Positions 9,183-20,370 are shown, counted from the first letter of the stretch. The stretch is DNA of 64,000 nucleotides from Cyanobacteria bacterium UBA6446 (GCA_002438405.1 DJOE01000004.1:4492-68491); one strand, 5' to 3'. Notes: generated by a model from the letters alone, not told the origin. Program-made: numbers and translations.

Positions 9183-11693
9183 CTAATTTGCAGCAGGTTC
9201 TTCAACCTGATCAGCTTTTTTAGTTTTCTTTGGCTTAGTAGCTTTTTCAAAGGAAATTTTACCATCTACAAGAGTGACTTTAATAGTATCACCTTTTGTA
9301 TATTTACCTGATAGAATTTCTTCTGCCAAACTATCTTCCATTTTTCTTTGGATTAAACGTCTTAATGGTCTTGCACCATAAGCTTCAGAATAACCACATT
9401 CAGCCAAATGATCTTTAACTTCATCAGATACTTCAATGTTAAGTTCTTTTTCAGCTAAACGTTTGAACAAGTCTTTCAACATCAAATCAACAATTTGTCT
9501 GATTTCTTCTTTTGACAAGTGAGAGAATACAATTGTTTCATCGATTCTGTTCAAGAATTCCGGTCTGAATGCCTTCTTCATCTCTTCAGAAACAGTTTCT
9601 TTAAGTTTTTCGTACTTGCTCTTAGATTCATCTTCTGCTGTTGTAAATCCAAGTTTTGAAGTATTTGTAATCATACTTGCACCAACATTAGATGTCATAA
9701 TAATAACAGTATTCTTAAAGCTGATATGACGGCCTTTTGAATCAGTTAATCTACCATCATCTAAGATTTGTAACATGATATTGAATACATCTGGGTGAGC
9801 TTTCTCAATTTCATCAAAAAGAACAACAGAATAAGGTTTCTTTCTAACAAGTTCTGACAAATGTCCACCATCATCATATCCAACATATCCAGGAGGTGAA
9901 CCGATAAGTTTTGCAGTTGAATGTTTTTCCATAAATTCTGACATATCAACTCTTATCATATTATCTTCAGAACCAAACATTGCTTCAGCTAAAGCTTTTG
10001 CAAGTTCAGTTTTACCAACACCGGTTGGACCACAGAAGATGAAACTACCGATTGGTCTATTTGGAGCTTTCAAACCAACTCTTGCACGTCTAATTGCTTT
10101 AGAAATAGCAACAATAGCATCATTTTGACCAATTACACGTTTGTGTAAAGTCTCTTCCAATTTAAGAAGTCTTTCACTTTCGCCCTCTGTCAACTTAGTA
10201 ACAGGAACACCTGTCATCATTGCAACTACTTCTGCAACATTTTCAGCTGTAACAGTTGGCTTATTAGCTTCGTGTTCATCTCTCCATTTTGCTGAAACTT
10301 CTCTGATTTTATCTCTCAAATCAGCTTCATCATCTCTTAATTGAGATGCGGTTTCAAATTCTTGATTTCTAATTGCATCTTCTTTTTCTTTAATTAAAGA
10401 TTTCAATTGTTTTTCAAGTTCTTTGGCTTCCGGACATAAATTGGAAGCTTTCAATCTAACTTTTGAACTTGCTTCATCGATTACGTCAATTGCTTTATCT
10501 GGTAAAAATCTATCATTAATATATTTGCTAGACATTTTAACAGCAGCAACTATTGCATCATCTGAAATAATCAACTTATGGTGTTCTTCATATTTTGGTT
10601 TCAAACCTTTGATAATTTCGATTGATTCTTCAATTGATGGTTCATCAATCATTACAGGTTGGAAACGTCTTTCTAATGCAGGGTCTTTTTCAATATATTT
10701 TCTATATTCATCAGATGTTGTAGCACCAATAACTTGAATTTCGCCTCTAGATAAAGCAGGTTTCAAAATATTAGCAGCATCAATAGCACCTTCTGCAGCA
10801 CCCGCACCAATCAATGTATGCATTTCGTCAATTACAAGAATAATATTTCCGGCTTGACGAATTTCGTCCATGATTTTTTTCAATCTTTCTTCAAATTCAC
10901 CACGGTATTTAGTACCGGCAACTAAAAGCCCCATATCTAATTGAATAACTTTTTTGCCGTCCAAAATATCTGGAACTTCAGCATTAACAATTCTAATTGC
11001 AAGACCCTCTGCTACTGCAGTTTTACCAACCCCAGGTTCTCCCAAAAGAACAGGGTTATTTTTTGTACGTCTTGCAAGAATTTGAATAACACGCTCAATT
11101 TCTTTTTCTCTACCGACAACAGGATCTAAACGCAACTCTTGAGCAGCAAGAGTTAAATCTCTACCAAATTCATCTAAGCTTGGAGTTTTTGTTTTTCCAC
11201 CTGTTGAAGATGATGATGTTGAAGATGAACTACTACCACCTGCAGTTGCTTGTGGCTTTGATTCACCTAACATTTTAATTACATTACTTCTTACTTTATT
11301 AAGGTCAACACCCAAATTTTCAAGAACTCTAGCTGCAACGCCTTCACCCTCACGGATTAAACCCAACAAAAGGTGTTCTGTTCCTATATAGTTATGACCT
11401 AATTGTCTTGCTTCGTCCCAAGATAATTCAAGAACTCGTTTTGCACGAGGAGTGAAAGGAATTTCTACTGCAACAAACCCAGATCCTCGACCGATAATCT
11501 TTTCAACTTCGGCCCTAGCATCTTTTAGGTTTACTCCCATAGATTTAAGAGTTTTTGCAGCAACTCCGGTACCTTCACCAATTAAGCCAAGTAAAACTTG
11601 TTCTGTTCCAACAAAGTTATGACCTAATCTTCGAGCTTCTTCTTGAGCAAGCATAATTACTTTTATTGCTTTTTCTGTAAAACGTTCGAACAT
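9183..11693 (-). CDS. clpC: ATP-dependent Clp protease ATP-binding subunit ClpC
   Basis: The N-terminus '[47 protein letters not shown]' is the cyanobacterial/plastid ClpC signature. The ORF has two Clp_N repeats and two AAA+ modules ([16 protein letters not shown]) plus a UVR-like middle region. Confidence 0.95.
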   Translation of the reverse strand: MFERFTEKAIKVIMLAQEEARRLGHNFVGTEQVLLGLIGEGTGVAAKTLKSMGVNLKDARAEVEKIIGRGSGFVAVEIPFTPRAKRVLELSWDEARQLGHNYIGTEHLLLGLIREGEGVAARVLENLGVDLNKVRSNVIKMLGESKPQATAGGSSSSSTSSSSTGGKTKTPSLDEFGRDLTLAAQELRLDPVVGREKEIERVIQILARRTKNNPVLLGEPGVGKTAVAEGLAIRIVNAEVPDILDGKKVIQLDMGLLVAGTKYRGEFEERLKKIMDEIRQAGNIILVIDEMHTLIGAGAAEGAIDAANILKPALSRGEIQVIGATTSDEYRKYIEKDPALERRFQPVMIDEPSIEESIEIIKGLKPKYEEHHKLIISDDAIVAAVKMSSKYINDRFLPDKAIDVIDEASSKVRLKASNLCPEAKELEKQLKSLIKEKEDAIRNQEFETASQLRDDEADLRDKIREVSAKWRDEHEANKPTVTAENVAEVVAMMTGVPVTKLTEGESERLLKLEETLHKRVIGQNDAIVAISKAIRRARVGLKAPNRPIGSFIFCGPTGVGKTELAKALAEAMFGSEDNMIRVDMSEFMEKHSTAKLIGSPPGYVGYDDGGHLSELVRKKPYSVVLFDEIEKAHPDVFNIMLQILDDGRLTDSKGRHISFKNTVIIMTSNVGASMITNTSKLGFTTAEDESKSKYEKLKETVSEEMKKAFRPEFLNRIDETIVFSHLSKEEIRQIVDLMLKDLFKRLAEKELNIEVSDEVKDHLAECGYSEAYGARPLRRLIQRKMEDSLAEEILSGKYTKGDTIKVTLVDGKISFEKATKPKKTKKADQVEEPAAN

Positions 11694-11810
11694 TTTTTAC
11701 TCCTATCTCTTCTTATAGAAAGATTATATACAAAAAACGAAAAAGTTTCAAGATGCTTAACAAAGAGAACTTCTAAGAAAAGAAAGAATAAATAAAAAAT
11801 GGAATTATTT

Positions 11811-12137
11811 TTATTTCAAACCCAAATCACGTAAAAAGCGTTCATTATCAGACAAATCAAAAATAGCGTCTTCTGAAAATGGATCAACAACACCTTTGCT
11901 AAACAATTTGTCAACAATAGCCTCATGAGATTTATTTTCGGGGTTAGAAAGCGCAAGTTGTGTAAAATTGTTTATATCCGTTTTTCTTTCATACAAATTA
12001 AGGGCATGCTTAGATAAACTTTTTAGAAAAGTTTTTTTAGCTTGTTCTTGCATTGCTTCCATTGGCGAACTCATTGGGAAACAAGAATTTGAGTCATTTT
12101 CAGCCTTCAATTGTTTCGCTAATTTTTTGAACATCAC
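11811..12137 (-). CDS. hypothetical protein
   Basis: 108-aa ORF in the intergenic slot between clpC and serS. No motif was recognised. Confidence 0.4.
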   Translation of the reverse strand: MMFKKLAKQLKAENDSNSCFPMSSPMEAMQEQAKKTFLKSLSKHALNLYERKTDINNFTQLALSNPENKSHEAIVDKLFSKGVVDPFSEDAIFDLSDNERFLRDLGLK

Positions 12138-12221
12138 ATCTCCCTTTGTTAATGATATTATACATTATTTTCAAATTATTGCAAATTTTCACCCTGCAAT
12201 AGGCTAATTTTATACACAAAC

Positions 12222-12250
12222 TTGATAAAAAAATGTCTTTAAATTAGAAT
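12222..12250 (+). promoter_or_regulatory. sigma70-like promoter for serS
   Basis: TTGATA, 17-nt spacer, TAGAAT, about 35 nt upstream of the serS ATG. Confidence 0.4.
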
Positions 12251-12285
12251 AAATATACTGATTAGGAAAAAGAAAAGAGGGAAAA

Positions 12286-13551
12286 ATGCTTGATATTAAA
12301 TTAATTAGAGAAAATCCTGATAAAATTAATGAACTTTTGAAAAGAAGAAATCCTGCTTTATCTATTGATGAAGTTCTTGTTATAGATGAAGAAAGAAGAA
12401 AAATTCAAACAAAAGCTGATGAATTAAGAGCTAGAAGAAAATCTGAATCTCAAAAAATCGGACAAATGAAAAAGAACGGTGAAAATACCGATGAAATTCA
12501 AGAAGATGTTCGTGTTTTGGGTGATGAAATAAAAGATTTAGAAGAAAAACAAACTGAATTAGATGCAAAACAAAGAAATATTTTACTTCACATTCCAAAT
12601 ATTCCAGATGAAACAACTCCAATCGGAGCATCTGACGCTGACAACGTTGAAGTTTACAAATGGGGCGAACCAAGAAAATTCGATTTTGAATTCAAAGCTC
12701 ACTGGGATTTGTGCGAAGAAAAAAATCTTGTAGATTTTGAGCGTGGTGTTAAGTTATCTCAAAGCAGATTTACATTGTACAGAGGTAAAGGTTCAAGATT
12801 AGAAAGAGCTATTATCAATTTCTTCCTTGATTACCACACTGAACAACAAGGCTACGAAGAAATTCTTCCTCCATTTATGGCAAATTCTGCAACTATGACA
12901 GGTACAGGTCAATTGCCAAAATTTGCAGAAGATATGTACAAATGCGAAAACGAAGATTTATATCTTATTCCGACAGCAGAAGTTCCTGTTACAAATATCT
13001 ATTCCGGTGAAATTTTATCGGAAGATGATTTACCAAAATACATGACAGCTTATACTCCATGTTTTAGACGTGAAGCAGGTTCTGCTGGTAAAGATACAAG
13101 AGGTTTAATCAGAGTTCACCAATTCAACAAAGTTGAACTTGTAAAACTTTGTACTCCGGAATCAAGCAAAGACGAACACGAAAAACTTACAGAAGATGCT
13201 GAAAAAATGTTGCAACTTCTTGAACTTCCTTATAGACGTGAAGCGTTATCAACAGGTGATATCGGATTCTCAGCTAACAAATGTTGGGATTTAGAAGTTT
13301 GGATGCCATCATACAATGCTTACAAAGAAATCTCTAGTTGTTCAAACTACGGAGATTACCAAGCAAGAAGAGCAAATATCCGATACAAAGAAAAAGCTAC
13401 TGGTAAAACAAGATTTGTTCACACAATCAATGGTTCAGGTCTTGCAGTTGGCAGAACATTTGCTGCAATTGTTGAAAATTATCAACAAGCAGACGGAACA
13501 ATTATCATTCCAGAAGTATTAAGAAAATACACTGGATTTGATAAAATCTAA
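12286..13551 (+). CDS. serS: seryl-tRNA synthetase
   Basis: '[12 protein letters not shown]' N-terminal coiled-coil arm, and class II core motifs ('[25 protein letters not shown]', '[18 protein letters not shown]'). Confidence 0.95.
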   Translation: MLDIKLIRENPDKINELLKRRNPALSIDEVLVIDEERRKIQTKADELRARRKSESQKIGQMKKNGENTDEIQEDVRVLGDEIKDLEEKQTELDAKQRNILLHIPNIPDETTPIGASDADNVEVYKWGEPRKFDFEFKAHWDLCEEKNLVDFERGVKLSQSRFTLYRGKGSRLERAIINFFLDYHTEQQGYEEILPPFMANSATMTGTGQLPKFAEDMYKCENEDLYLIPTAEVPVTNIYSGEILSEDDLPKYMTAYTPCFRREAGSAGKDTRGLIRVHQFNKVELVKLCTPESSKDEHEKLTEDAEKMLQLLELPYRREALSTGDIGFSANKCWDLEVWMPSYNAYKEISSCSNYGDYQARRANIRYKEKATGKTRFVHTINGSGLAVGRTFAAIVENYQQADGTIIIPEVLRKYTGFDKI

Positions 13552-13572
13552 TAAAAAACTAACTATAAAAAT

Positions 13573-13607
13573 AACCCAAGCAACATTGCTCGGGTTATTT
13601 TTTTTTT
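13573..13607 (+). terminator. rho-independent terminator after serS
   Basis: AACCCAAGCAA/TTGCTCGGGTT hairpin followed by a T10 run. Confidence 0.7.
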
Positions 13608-13624
13608 GAATATTAAAATTATAA

Positions 13625-14014
13625 TTATAATTTATCAATCATATCATTTTTAGCTATTTCTGAATTAACCTTACTTGCAATATTATTTGCATTTTTACAA
13701 ACTGATTCAATAAATTTTACAGGTTTATTCAAAATATAGGATAAAAATTCTTTTTTAGTTTGTTTTTGAAAACTGCTCCTTGGATATTTTGATTTTATAT
13801 CTGCAGCAAGTCTATTAGATTTATCTAAGGAATACAAAGAAATATCAACTTCTTTATTCCTTTTTTGTTCACTAAATAATTTTTGTAATTTTTCAACATC
13901 ATCACAAGTTTTAATTCGCTTTTTCAAAACATTTTTAGCGCCATCAGACAGATTAACAGCACCAAAGCTTTGTTGGTTTGATTGTGGGGTAATATTATAA
14001 TAAACTTTCATCAT
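13625..14014 (-). CDS. hypothetical protein with an N-terminal 'SFGA' motif
   Basis: 129-aa ORF. The N-terminus 'MMKVYYNITPQSNQQSFGAVN' resembles the recurrent N-terminal motif described in the findings. Confidence 0.45.
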   Translation of the reverse strand: MMKVYYNITPQSNQQSFGAVNLSDGAKNVLKKRIKTCDDVEKLQKLFSEQKRNKEVDISLYSLDKSNRLAADIKSKYPRSSFQKQTKKEFLSYILNKPVKFIESVCKNANNIASKVNSEIAKNDMIDKL

Positions 14015-14165
14015 ATCTCCTTATCCTTATAAAGTATTATAAATCGCTAAAAAATATATGGTATCAAAACTCAGAAAAATTTTAAAATATCTTTAAAATA
14101 TAGCTTTAATTATAATTTACAATATGTTATAATATTAATAAGAATAGCTTTATAAAGGACAGACA

Positions 14166-16454
14166 ATGAGTGAATTTCCATTTGAGTTGGACGATTTTCA
14201 AAAAGAGGCGTGTGAGATTATTGATAAAGGAGAAAGTGTTGTAGTTTGTGCCCCAACAGGAGCAGGTAAAACTGTAATTGCCGAACATGCAATAAATCGA
14301 GCATTAGAGCAAGGTTGTAGGATTTTTTATACAACGCCTTTAAAAGCTCTTTCTAACCAAAAATTTTATGATTTTTGTGAAAAATACGGCTCAGATAAAG
14401 TTGGAGTTTTAACAGGGGACACTTCCATCAATAGAAATGCACAAATTGTAATTATGACAACAGAAGTTTTCCGAAATATGTTATATGGAACAAATTTTGG
14501 AGCAGTTGCAGATAATTTAAAAGACGTTCGATATGTCGTGTTAGATGAAGTTCACTATATGAACGATGAGCAAAGAGGGACGGTTTGGGAAGAAAGTATA
14601 ATCTACTGCCCAACAAATATTCAAATTATTGCCTTATCAGCAACAGTCGCAAACTGTGAAGAATTAACAAATTGGATAAACACGGTTCACTCCAAAACAA
14701 AACTCGTTAACACAGATTTTAGACCTGTTCCGCTTAAATTTTTCTATTTTGACAGTTCTCAACCATATAAACTATTACCTCTTCTAACTCCAGACGGTAA
14801 ACTTAATAAAAAAATCAAACCTGAAAAACCTCAATGGGTTAAAGGAAGAGATAAACGTAAAAAAACATACGTAAAACAAATTATTCAAAATTTAGCTGAC
14901 AATGATATGTTACCTGCAATTTATTTCACTTTTTCCAGAAAAAAATGTGATGAACAAATGGAAAAATGTGCAGGTCTTGGTTTGAATACAAGAAAAGAAC
15001 AAGAAGAAATTAAAGCATTTATAGATGAATTTATTGCAGAAAATCCTCATTTATATGGGAATAAACATATTGAATATTTAATCCAAGGTGTTGCATCACA
15101 CCACGCAGGGCTTTTACCGGCATGGAAAAATTTAGTTGAAAAATTATTTCAAAAAGGACTTATCAAAGTTGTTTTCGCAACAGAAACACTTGCGGCAGGA
15201 ATTAATATGCCCGCAAGATCAACCGTTATAAGTTCAACAAGCAAAAGAACTGATTCCGGACATAGAATACTCACGGCTAACGAATTTCTTCAAATGTCAG
15301 GGAGGGCAGGACGGCGAGGAATGGACGAAGTCGGTTATGTAACAATTGTTGGCACTTCTTTCCAAACACCAGATGAAGTCGCTGAACTTGTATTAAGTGA
15401 TTCAAATCCTCTTGAAAGTAGATTTTCCCCAAGCTATTCTATGGTTTTGAACTTGTTACAGCGATTTAATCTTGAAGAATCAAAAGAACTTATTCTAAAA
15501 AGTTTTGGTTATTATTCTTCTGATTTTAGACTTAAACCAATTTTAAACCAAATTGAACAATACGAAAATGAAATTAAAGAACGTAGCTTTGTTTGTCCAT
15601 ATCATTTGAATGATGAAAAAATGCACGAATATGACAAATTAAGATTTTTATACGTTCAAAATAGACAAACTTATAAAAAAATTCTTAAACAAGAGAAATC
15701 AAAACACAGACCTCTTACACCAGAAATTATTGAATTCGGAAAACGAAATAAGGCTGAATTACAAAAACTTCAAAGTTATGCCTGTGATATGTGCAAACAT
15801 TACAAAAAACACTCTAAAAATCTTGAAGTTATTGAACGACTTTTAAATAAAAAGAAAAAATTAAACAAAGAAATTGAAAAACAAAAAGATATTTACTGGA
15901 ATAAATTCCTAGCTCATCGTGCTGCGTTAAAGGATTACGGATATCTTGTAAACGATTACCCGACAGATAAAGGTAAAACAACATCACAAATTCGTTCTGA
16001 AAATGAATTGTTCTTAGCTGAAATTATTTTCTCCGGAATACTAGAAAATCTAACCCCATCACAACTTGCAGGGGTAATTTGCGCTTTAACAACAGAAGAT
16101 TTGAGAATCGAAATTCCATATATTCCATTCTCAGAACCGGTTAGGAAAACTCTTAACCAAATAAGAAATATCAAGCGAAAACTTGAAAAAACTCAAAACA
16201 AATATGATATAGAAGCGCCTTTATATATAAATCCATACTTTAGTTCACTAATTGAACTATGGGTTGAGGGTGCTGAATGGGAAACCGTTTCTGAACAAAT
16301 TGAAATCGGAGAGGGTGATATTGTTAGAGCTTTCAAACGAGTAGTTGATGTCTTAAGGCAATTAACAACAATTGATAATGTACCGGAAAGCTTAGTTTTC
16401 ACGGCAAGAGAAGCAATTGAAAAAATCCAACGGCCTCCGGTTGATGTTGATTAA
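14166..16454 (+). CDS. Ski2-like DEAD/DEAH-box helicase (HelY-type, with a DSHCT-like C-terminus)
   Basis: Helicase motifs are present: 'CAPTGAGKT' (I), 'LDEVHYM' (II), 'LSAT' (III), 'HHAGL', 'FATETLAAGINMPA' and 'QMSGRAGRRG' (VI). The long C-terminal extension is typical of Ski2/HelY proteins. Confidence 0.85.
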   Translation: MSEFPFELDDFQKEACEIIDKGESVVVCAPTGAGKTVIAEHAINRALEQGCRIFYTTPLKALSNQKFYDFCEKYGSDKVGVLTGDTSINRNAQIVIMTTEVFRNMLYGTNFGAVADNLKDVRYVVLDEVHYMNDEQRGTVWEESIIYCPTNIQIIALSATVANCEELTNWINTVHSKTKLVNTDFRPVPLKFFYFDSSQPYKLLPLLTPDGKLNKKIKPEKPQWVKGRDKRKKTYVKQIIQNLADNDMLPAIYFTFSRKKCDEQMEKCAGLGLNTRKEQEEIKAFIDEFIAENPHLYGNKHIEYLIQGVASHHAGLLPAWKNLVEKLFQKGLIKVVFATETLAAGINMPARSTVISSTSKRTDSGHRILTANEFLQMSGRAGRRGMDEVGYVTIVGTSFQTPDEVAELVLSDSNPLESRFSPSYSMVLNLLQRFNLEESKELILKSFGYYSSDFRLKPILNQIEQYENEIKERSFVCPYHLNDEKMHEYDKLRFLYVQNRQTYKKILKQEKSKHRPLTPEIIEFGKRNKAELQKLQSYACDMCKHYKKHSKNLEVIERLLNKKKKLNKEIEKQKDIYWNKFLAHRAALKDYGYLVNDYPTDKGKTTSQIRSENELFLAEIIFSGILENLTPSQLAGVICALTTEDLRIEIPYIPFSEPVRKTLNQIRNIKRKLEKTQNKYDIEAPLYINPYFSSLIELWVEGAEWETVSEQIEIGEGDIVRAFKRVVDVLRQLTTIDNVPESLVFTAREAIEKIQRPPVDVD

Positions 16455-16458
16455 AAAT

Positions 16459-17400
16459 CTAAAATCGAATTTTTCTATTACTAGGATAATCAGGGGCAAC
16501 ACGCCAACCATCATATTTTATTAAAGCAGCACAAGAAAAACCATAGTTGGAACAATCACTACGAAGTTTTGCACGAGAAGGAAGTTCATTATCATAATAA
16601 AATGGTTGGAATCCAAAAGGTTGTTGCTTTTCTTTTAACCCTAATCGTAAGGTAAAACTAAATCTACATCTTCCACCTTGTGGGTCTGCAAAAGTATTAT
16701 TTGTATATCCACATCTATCTGAATTTCCTGGAAAATACATCCAATTATAACATTTTGTGGTTGGATAATCTGGTCCTGGAGATAAAGCTGAACCATCAGG
16801 GAAATACACTACAAATGAACCATTAGAAAGATGTTTTACATGTGATATTTTAAGATATGGGGCAAAAAATTTGTTGAAAAATTTTTCAGTTTGAGATTCA
16901 CCTATGACAGGATTGCCATTCATATCATATTCTACAAGAGAAGGTAAAATATAATCACAACCATGATGATCATCTAACCAATCTTTTTTATCTCCATAAT
17001 CATTTTCCGCCATACGAATTACTTGATTCATAGTGGAATAAAACTTTTGAAGTTTTGTTGCTGCTGCTTGATTTTTATAAGTTTGATTTAAGCCTGGGAT
17101 TGTCAGCGCTGCGACTACTCCTATAATACCGAGGGTAATTAGAACCTCGGGAAGTGTGAACGCAAGTTTCCTTTTAGGCAATAGGGCATTAAGGCAATAA
17201 GAAAATAAGTTCTTTACGTCTTTATTCCTCTCTCTTTGTGATACAAAGCAAACCACTGAGCTGTGGCGAAGTGTGTGAGTCTGTATGCGGTAGCTGAGGG
17301 CAGAATTAGTTCGTGAACTCAAGTGAACGTTACAAATTCGAGTGAGGGTCGTTCCAGTGTTTGGGATTACGACGTCACTTTGTTTTAATTCTTTATTCAT
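16459..17400 (-). CDS. type IV pilin-like (prepilin N-terminal cleavage/methylation domain) protein with an unusually long leader
   Basis: 'KLAFTLPEVLITLGIIGVVAALTIPGL' is a class III signal plus hydrophobic helix. The ATG at 17400 has an AAGGAG RBS 6 nt upstream, but it sits ~78 codons before the pilin signal. The true start is therefore uncertain; a TTG at 'LPKRKLAFTL' is possible. Confidence 0.75.
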   Translation of the reverse strand: MNKELKQSDVVIPNTGTTLTRICNVHLSSRTNSALSYRIQTHTLRHSSVVCFVSQRERNKDVKNLFSYCLNALLPKRKLAFTLPEVLITLGIIGVVAALTIPGLNQTYKNQAAATKLQKFYSTMNQVIRMAENDYGDKKDWLDDHHGCDYILPSLVEYDMNGNPVIGESQTEKFFNKFFAPYLKISHVKHLSNGSFVVYFPDGSALSPGPDYPTTKCYNWMYFPGNSDRCGYTNNTFADPQGGRCRFSFTLRLGLKEKQQPFGFQPFYYDNELPSRAKLRSDCSNYGFSCAALIKYDGWRVAPDYPSNRKIRF

Positions 17401-17530
17401 TTAATACTCCTTATCAATATCACAATAATGTCAGCAACTATCAATATCATATTATAAAATATCAATATAATGATACTACATGTCATTATATTCACTTATT
17501 TATTTTTAGTCAAGGTTATATAATTAACAA

Positions 17531-17764
17531 ATGGAGAAAGATTTTAGATATATAATCGGACGAAATATCAAAGCAGAACGGTTAAGAAAAGATATTACAC
17601 AAGAAGAATTCGCTGAACAAATCAACATGAGTTTGAGTTATGTCAGCAAACTTGAACAAGGCTTAACTTCGCCAACTGCAATTGCATTATTCAAAATGTC
17701 TTATATTCTAAAAATTCCGATGGAAGAGTTTTTTAAAGGTATCGATATTAAATCTTCCCTATGA
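17531..17764 (+). CDS. XRE-family HTH transcriptional regulator
   Basis: 77 aa. 'ITQEEFAEQINMSLSYVSKLEQG' is a canonical Cro/C1 HTH. Confidence 0.7.
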   Translation: MEKDFRYIIGRNIKAERLRKDITQEEFAEQINMSLSYVSKLEQGLTSPTAIALFKMSYILKIPMEEFFKGIDIKSSL

Positions 17765-19054
17765 TGCATTTTTAATTTTATAAATATCGTTAATCAATTC
17801 ATCAATATTATTACTTGGTTTTATCGATTTTGCCTGTTTCGCATAATTTAGGGCATTGTTATAATCTTGTTTGTTATAGTAAATTATCGCTCTATTATAT
17901 GCAATCATATAATTTTCATCTTCATTTTGAGCTAAGTTAGATGCAGAATTTAAAGCTTTTAGCGCTAAATCAAAATCACCCATATCAACATAAATTGAAG
18001 CTATATTTATATATCCTGCAGCAAAATTAGGATATTTTTGAATATATTTTTGATATTCTTCAAGCTTTTTAAGAAGTCTTGCATCTTCACTACCCATAAT
18101 TAGTGGTGGATAATAAAAATTTTCGCTGTGCAAACCTTTAACATTTGAAATCGTTGGTTCTAAGCGATACAAAAGAGCTAATGTTTTTAAATCCCGAGGA
18201 GTCAAATACTGAAAGTCAGAACGAAATAAAGCATACATGTTTTTGCTATTATCGTTAGATGCATACATCAAATCCTCTGGATTATCGCTATGCCCCATAA
18301 GCCCCAAAGTATGCCCAATTTCATGCAAAGCGGTATTATAAACTTCTAAAGGAGAAAACAACTCGTGCCGAGGATTTGTCTTAAAAAAAGTTAAATTCAT
18401 TCTTTCAAGAATACCTTTTGATGAAATCACGGGATCAGTGTATGCAATTGCAAATTTGCAATTTTCCCCTTGACAAGAACTATCAGATATATCGCTAAAT
18501 TTGATAACAATATTGGCATCTTTTTCATCTTTTGTTTGCACAAATTTCACAAAATTAGTTCTTTGAGTCCATTGAGATAAAGCTTTATCTATATTTTCAT
18601 AGTAATAAGCAGGTACAGATTCAACATTTTTATAATAAATCTTTAGAGGAAAAGAATTTATATCCCAACGTATAATATCATTACCGGCAACTGCATTAAA
18701 AATATAGTTGTTTTCTACACCTACAAGTAAATTATGTCTTAGCGAAACAGCTTGATAACGAGCATATTTCTTCGCTTCATCGTTAATTTTAGAATTGCCC
18801 ATTTCATAAAGTTTCTTTTGAACAGAGTATGTCGGCTCGGATTTTGAAAGAGCTAAAACATAATAAAACCGTGTCAAAATATTTTTCGGGTCAGAAAATA
18901 ATGATTTTTCAAATAAAGGCAATGACTGTTCATACTGACCTGCAGAATATAAAGCCTTTGCTTTATTATAATAATAAGATGCACTTAGTGGTGATTTATA
19001 AAACATATAAACCACGAGAACTACAAATAGAATAAATAATAAAACTTTACGCAT
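17759..19054 (-). CDS. metzincin (matrixin-like) zinc metalloprotease with a signal anchor and flanking TPR repeats
   Basis: 'HEIGHTLGLMGHSD' matches HExxHxxGxxH. The N-terminus is hydrophobic. TPR-like repeats occur near both ends (e.g. 'YNNALNYAKQAKSIKPSN'). Confidence 0.75.
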   Translation of the reverse strand: MRKVLLFILFVVLVVYMFYKSPLSASYYYNKAKALYSAGQYEQSLPLFEKSLFSDPKNILTRFYYVLALSKSEPTYSVQKKLYEMGNSKINDEAKKYARYQAVSLRHNLLVGVENNYIFNAVAGNDIIRWDINSFPLKIYYKNVESVPAYYYENIDKALSQWTQRTNFVKFVQTKDEKDANIVIKFSDISDSSCQGENCKFAIAYTDPVISSKGILERMNLTFFKTNPRHELFSPLEVYNTALHEIGHTLGLMGHSDNPEDLMYASNDNSKNMYALFRSDFQYLTPRDLKTLALLYRLEPTISNVKGLHSENFYYPPLIMGSEDARLLKKLEEYQKYIQKYPNFAAGYINIASIYVDMGDFDLALKALNSASNLAQNEDENYMIAYNRAIIYYNKQDYNNALNYAKQAKSIKPSNNIDELINDIYKIKNAS

Positions 19055-19571
19055 TATTTTTCTTTTCTGCTAAATCCTGTTCAAGTTTTTGAGCCAAAGC
19101 TCTTGTATCGCCTTTTAATTTAAAGTATTCCGCAAACTTTGGAGTTGTTTTAATATTAATACTTCTACCGTTTTTATCCTTATGTTTTGATACAAGCCCT
19201 TTTTCAACAAGTTCTGCAACATGTTCATAAGCAGCAGAACGAAGTTTGACAAGTTCAGTTTGTCTAATTGGTTCTTTTAACGCAATTACAAGTAATGTTC
19301 TCAATACTGCAGGCTTCAAATCAATTGGACAAATTTTTTCAACAATATCTGAATATTCCTCCCTAACTTGAAGAATATAACCGTTCTCATCATCAATTTC
19401 CAAAGCGCCATCTCTCGAAGCATAGTCCATAATCAAATCAAGTAGAGCTTGTTCAACTTCTTCAGGCTCTTTATCTAAATAAGTTGCAATTTCTTCCAAG
19501 GTCAAAGCCTTTGCGGTAACAAATAACACCGCTTCAATTCTAGACTTCAGTTGCTGCATCTTTATTTCCAC
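19047..19571 (-). CDS. scpB: segregation and condensation protein B
   Basis: 'IEAVLFVTAKALTLEEIATYL' and a tandem winged-helix layout. The gene lies directly downstream of scpA and smc, with overlapping ends. Confidence 0.85.
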   Translation of the reverse strand: MEIKMQQLKSRIEAVLFVTAKALTLEEIATYLDKEPEEVEQALLDLIMDYASRDGALEIDDENGYILQVREEYSDIVEKICPIDLKPAVLRTLLVIALKEPIRQTELVKLRSAAYEHVAELVEKGLVSKHKDKNGRSINIKTTPKFAEYFKLKGDTRALAQKLEQDLAEKKNNA

Positions 19572-20370
19572 CTTTAACTACATATAAATCAGAATAAAAT
19601 TCTTTTTGTTCCAATTCATAATCTGTATCTCTACACAAGAACAACAATGCAATATATGCACTGATTTTATCCATACCAAGCATTGTTAATTCTTTTAATT
19701 CAATTTTTTCTTCTCGTGCAAAAATTTGTTCAAGATTGTCTTTCAACTTCAAAACAGCTTCTTCAATATACTCTTCATGAGCCATTGAAACAATTTCTTC
19801 CGGAGTTAATCTTGAATAATTTCTAACGTGACGTTTTGCTCTTTCGTGCGCACTTTTCATTGAAGCTCTTTTTTCTAATTTTTCATAGAACTCCAATTGC
19901 TTAATCAAATCTTTCAAAGTAACAACACGATTACGGTTAAGTCTAATACTTGTTCTTCTTTGCAATGCTTCATCAAAACTTACAACATTACTTGTAGGAA
20001 TAAACTCTTGATCTTCTGGATATTCAACAATAAATCCGTCATCATCATAAATTGTATTATCCTGTTCTTCGTCTTGAAAATCTTCCAACGACAAACCGGC
20101 TAAAACATTTGATTGCAAACGACAAAGTATCGATGCAAAAAGGAGAGTTCTTGATGCCACTCTAAGATTTAGGGATTTCAATTCAATCATTCTTTGAAGA
20201 TATTTTTCTGTTACATCTAAAATATCAATGTTCCAAGGATCAATTTTACCTTGTTTTGCCATATCAACAAGAATTCCAATACCATCATTAGCATCAAATT
20301 CACCTGTTTTACCATATATAGAAGATTCTAAATCTTCAGCATTTAAAAGATTATTGTTCATTTTCGTCAT
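19540..20370 (-). CDS. scpA: segregation and condensation protein A (kleisin)
   Basis: 'DPWNIDILDVTEKYLQ' is a ScpA-type N-terminal motif. The gene overlaps the smc stop and the scpB start. Confidence 0.85.
   Translation of the reverse strand: MTKMNNNLLNAEDLESSIYGKTGEFDANDGIGILVDMAKQGKIDPWNIDILDVTEKYLQRMIELKSLNLRVASRTLLFASILCRLQSNVLAGLSLEDFQDEEQDNTIYDDDGFIVEYPEDQEFIPTSNVVSFDEALQRRTSIRLNRNRVVTLKDLIKQLEFYEKLEKRASMKSAHERAKRHVRNYSRLTPEEIVSMAHEEYIEEAVLKLKDNLEQIFAREEKIELKELTMLGMDKISAYIALLFLCRDTDYELEQKEFYSDLYVVKGGNKDAATEV

Noticed and set aside
12138-12285. Possible T-box leaders upstream of serS (and of trpS at 29850-29938).
   Set aside because: The leaders are only about 150 and 80 nt long. They lack the conserved T-box sequence and specifier-loop architecture, and simple promoters fit better.
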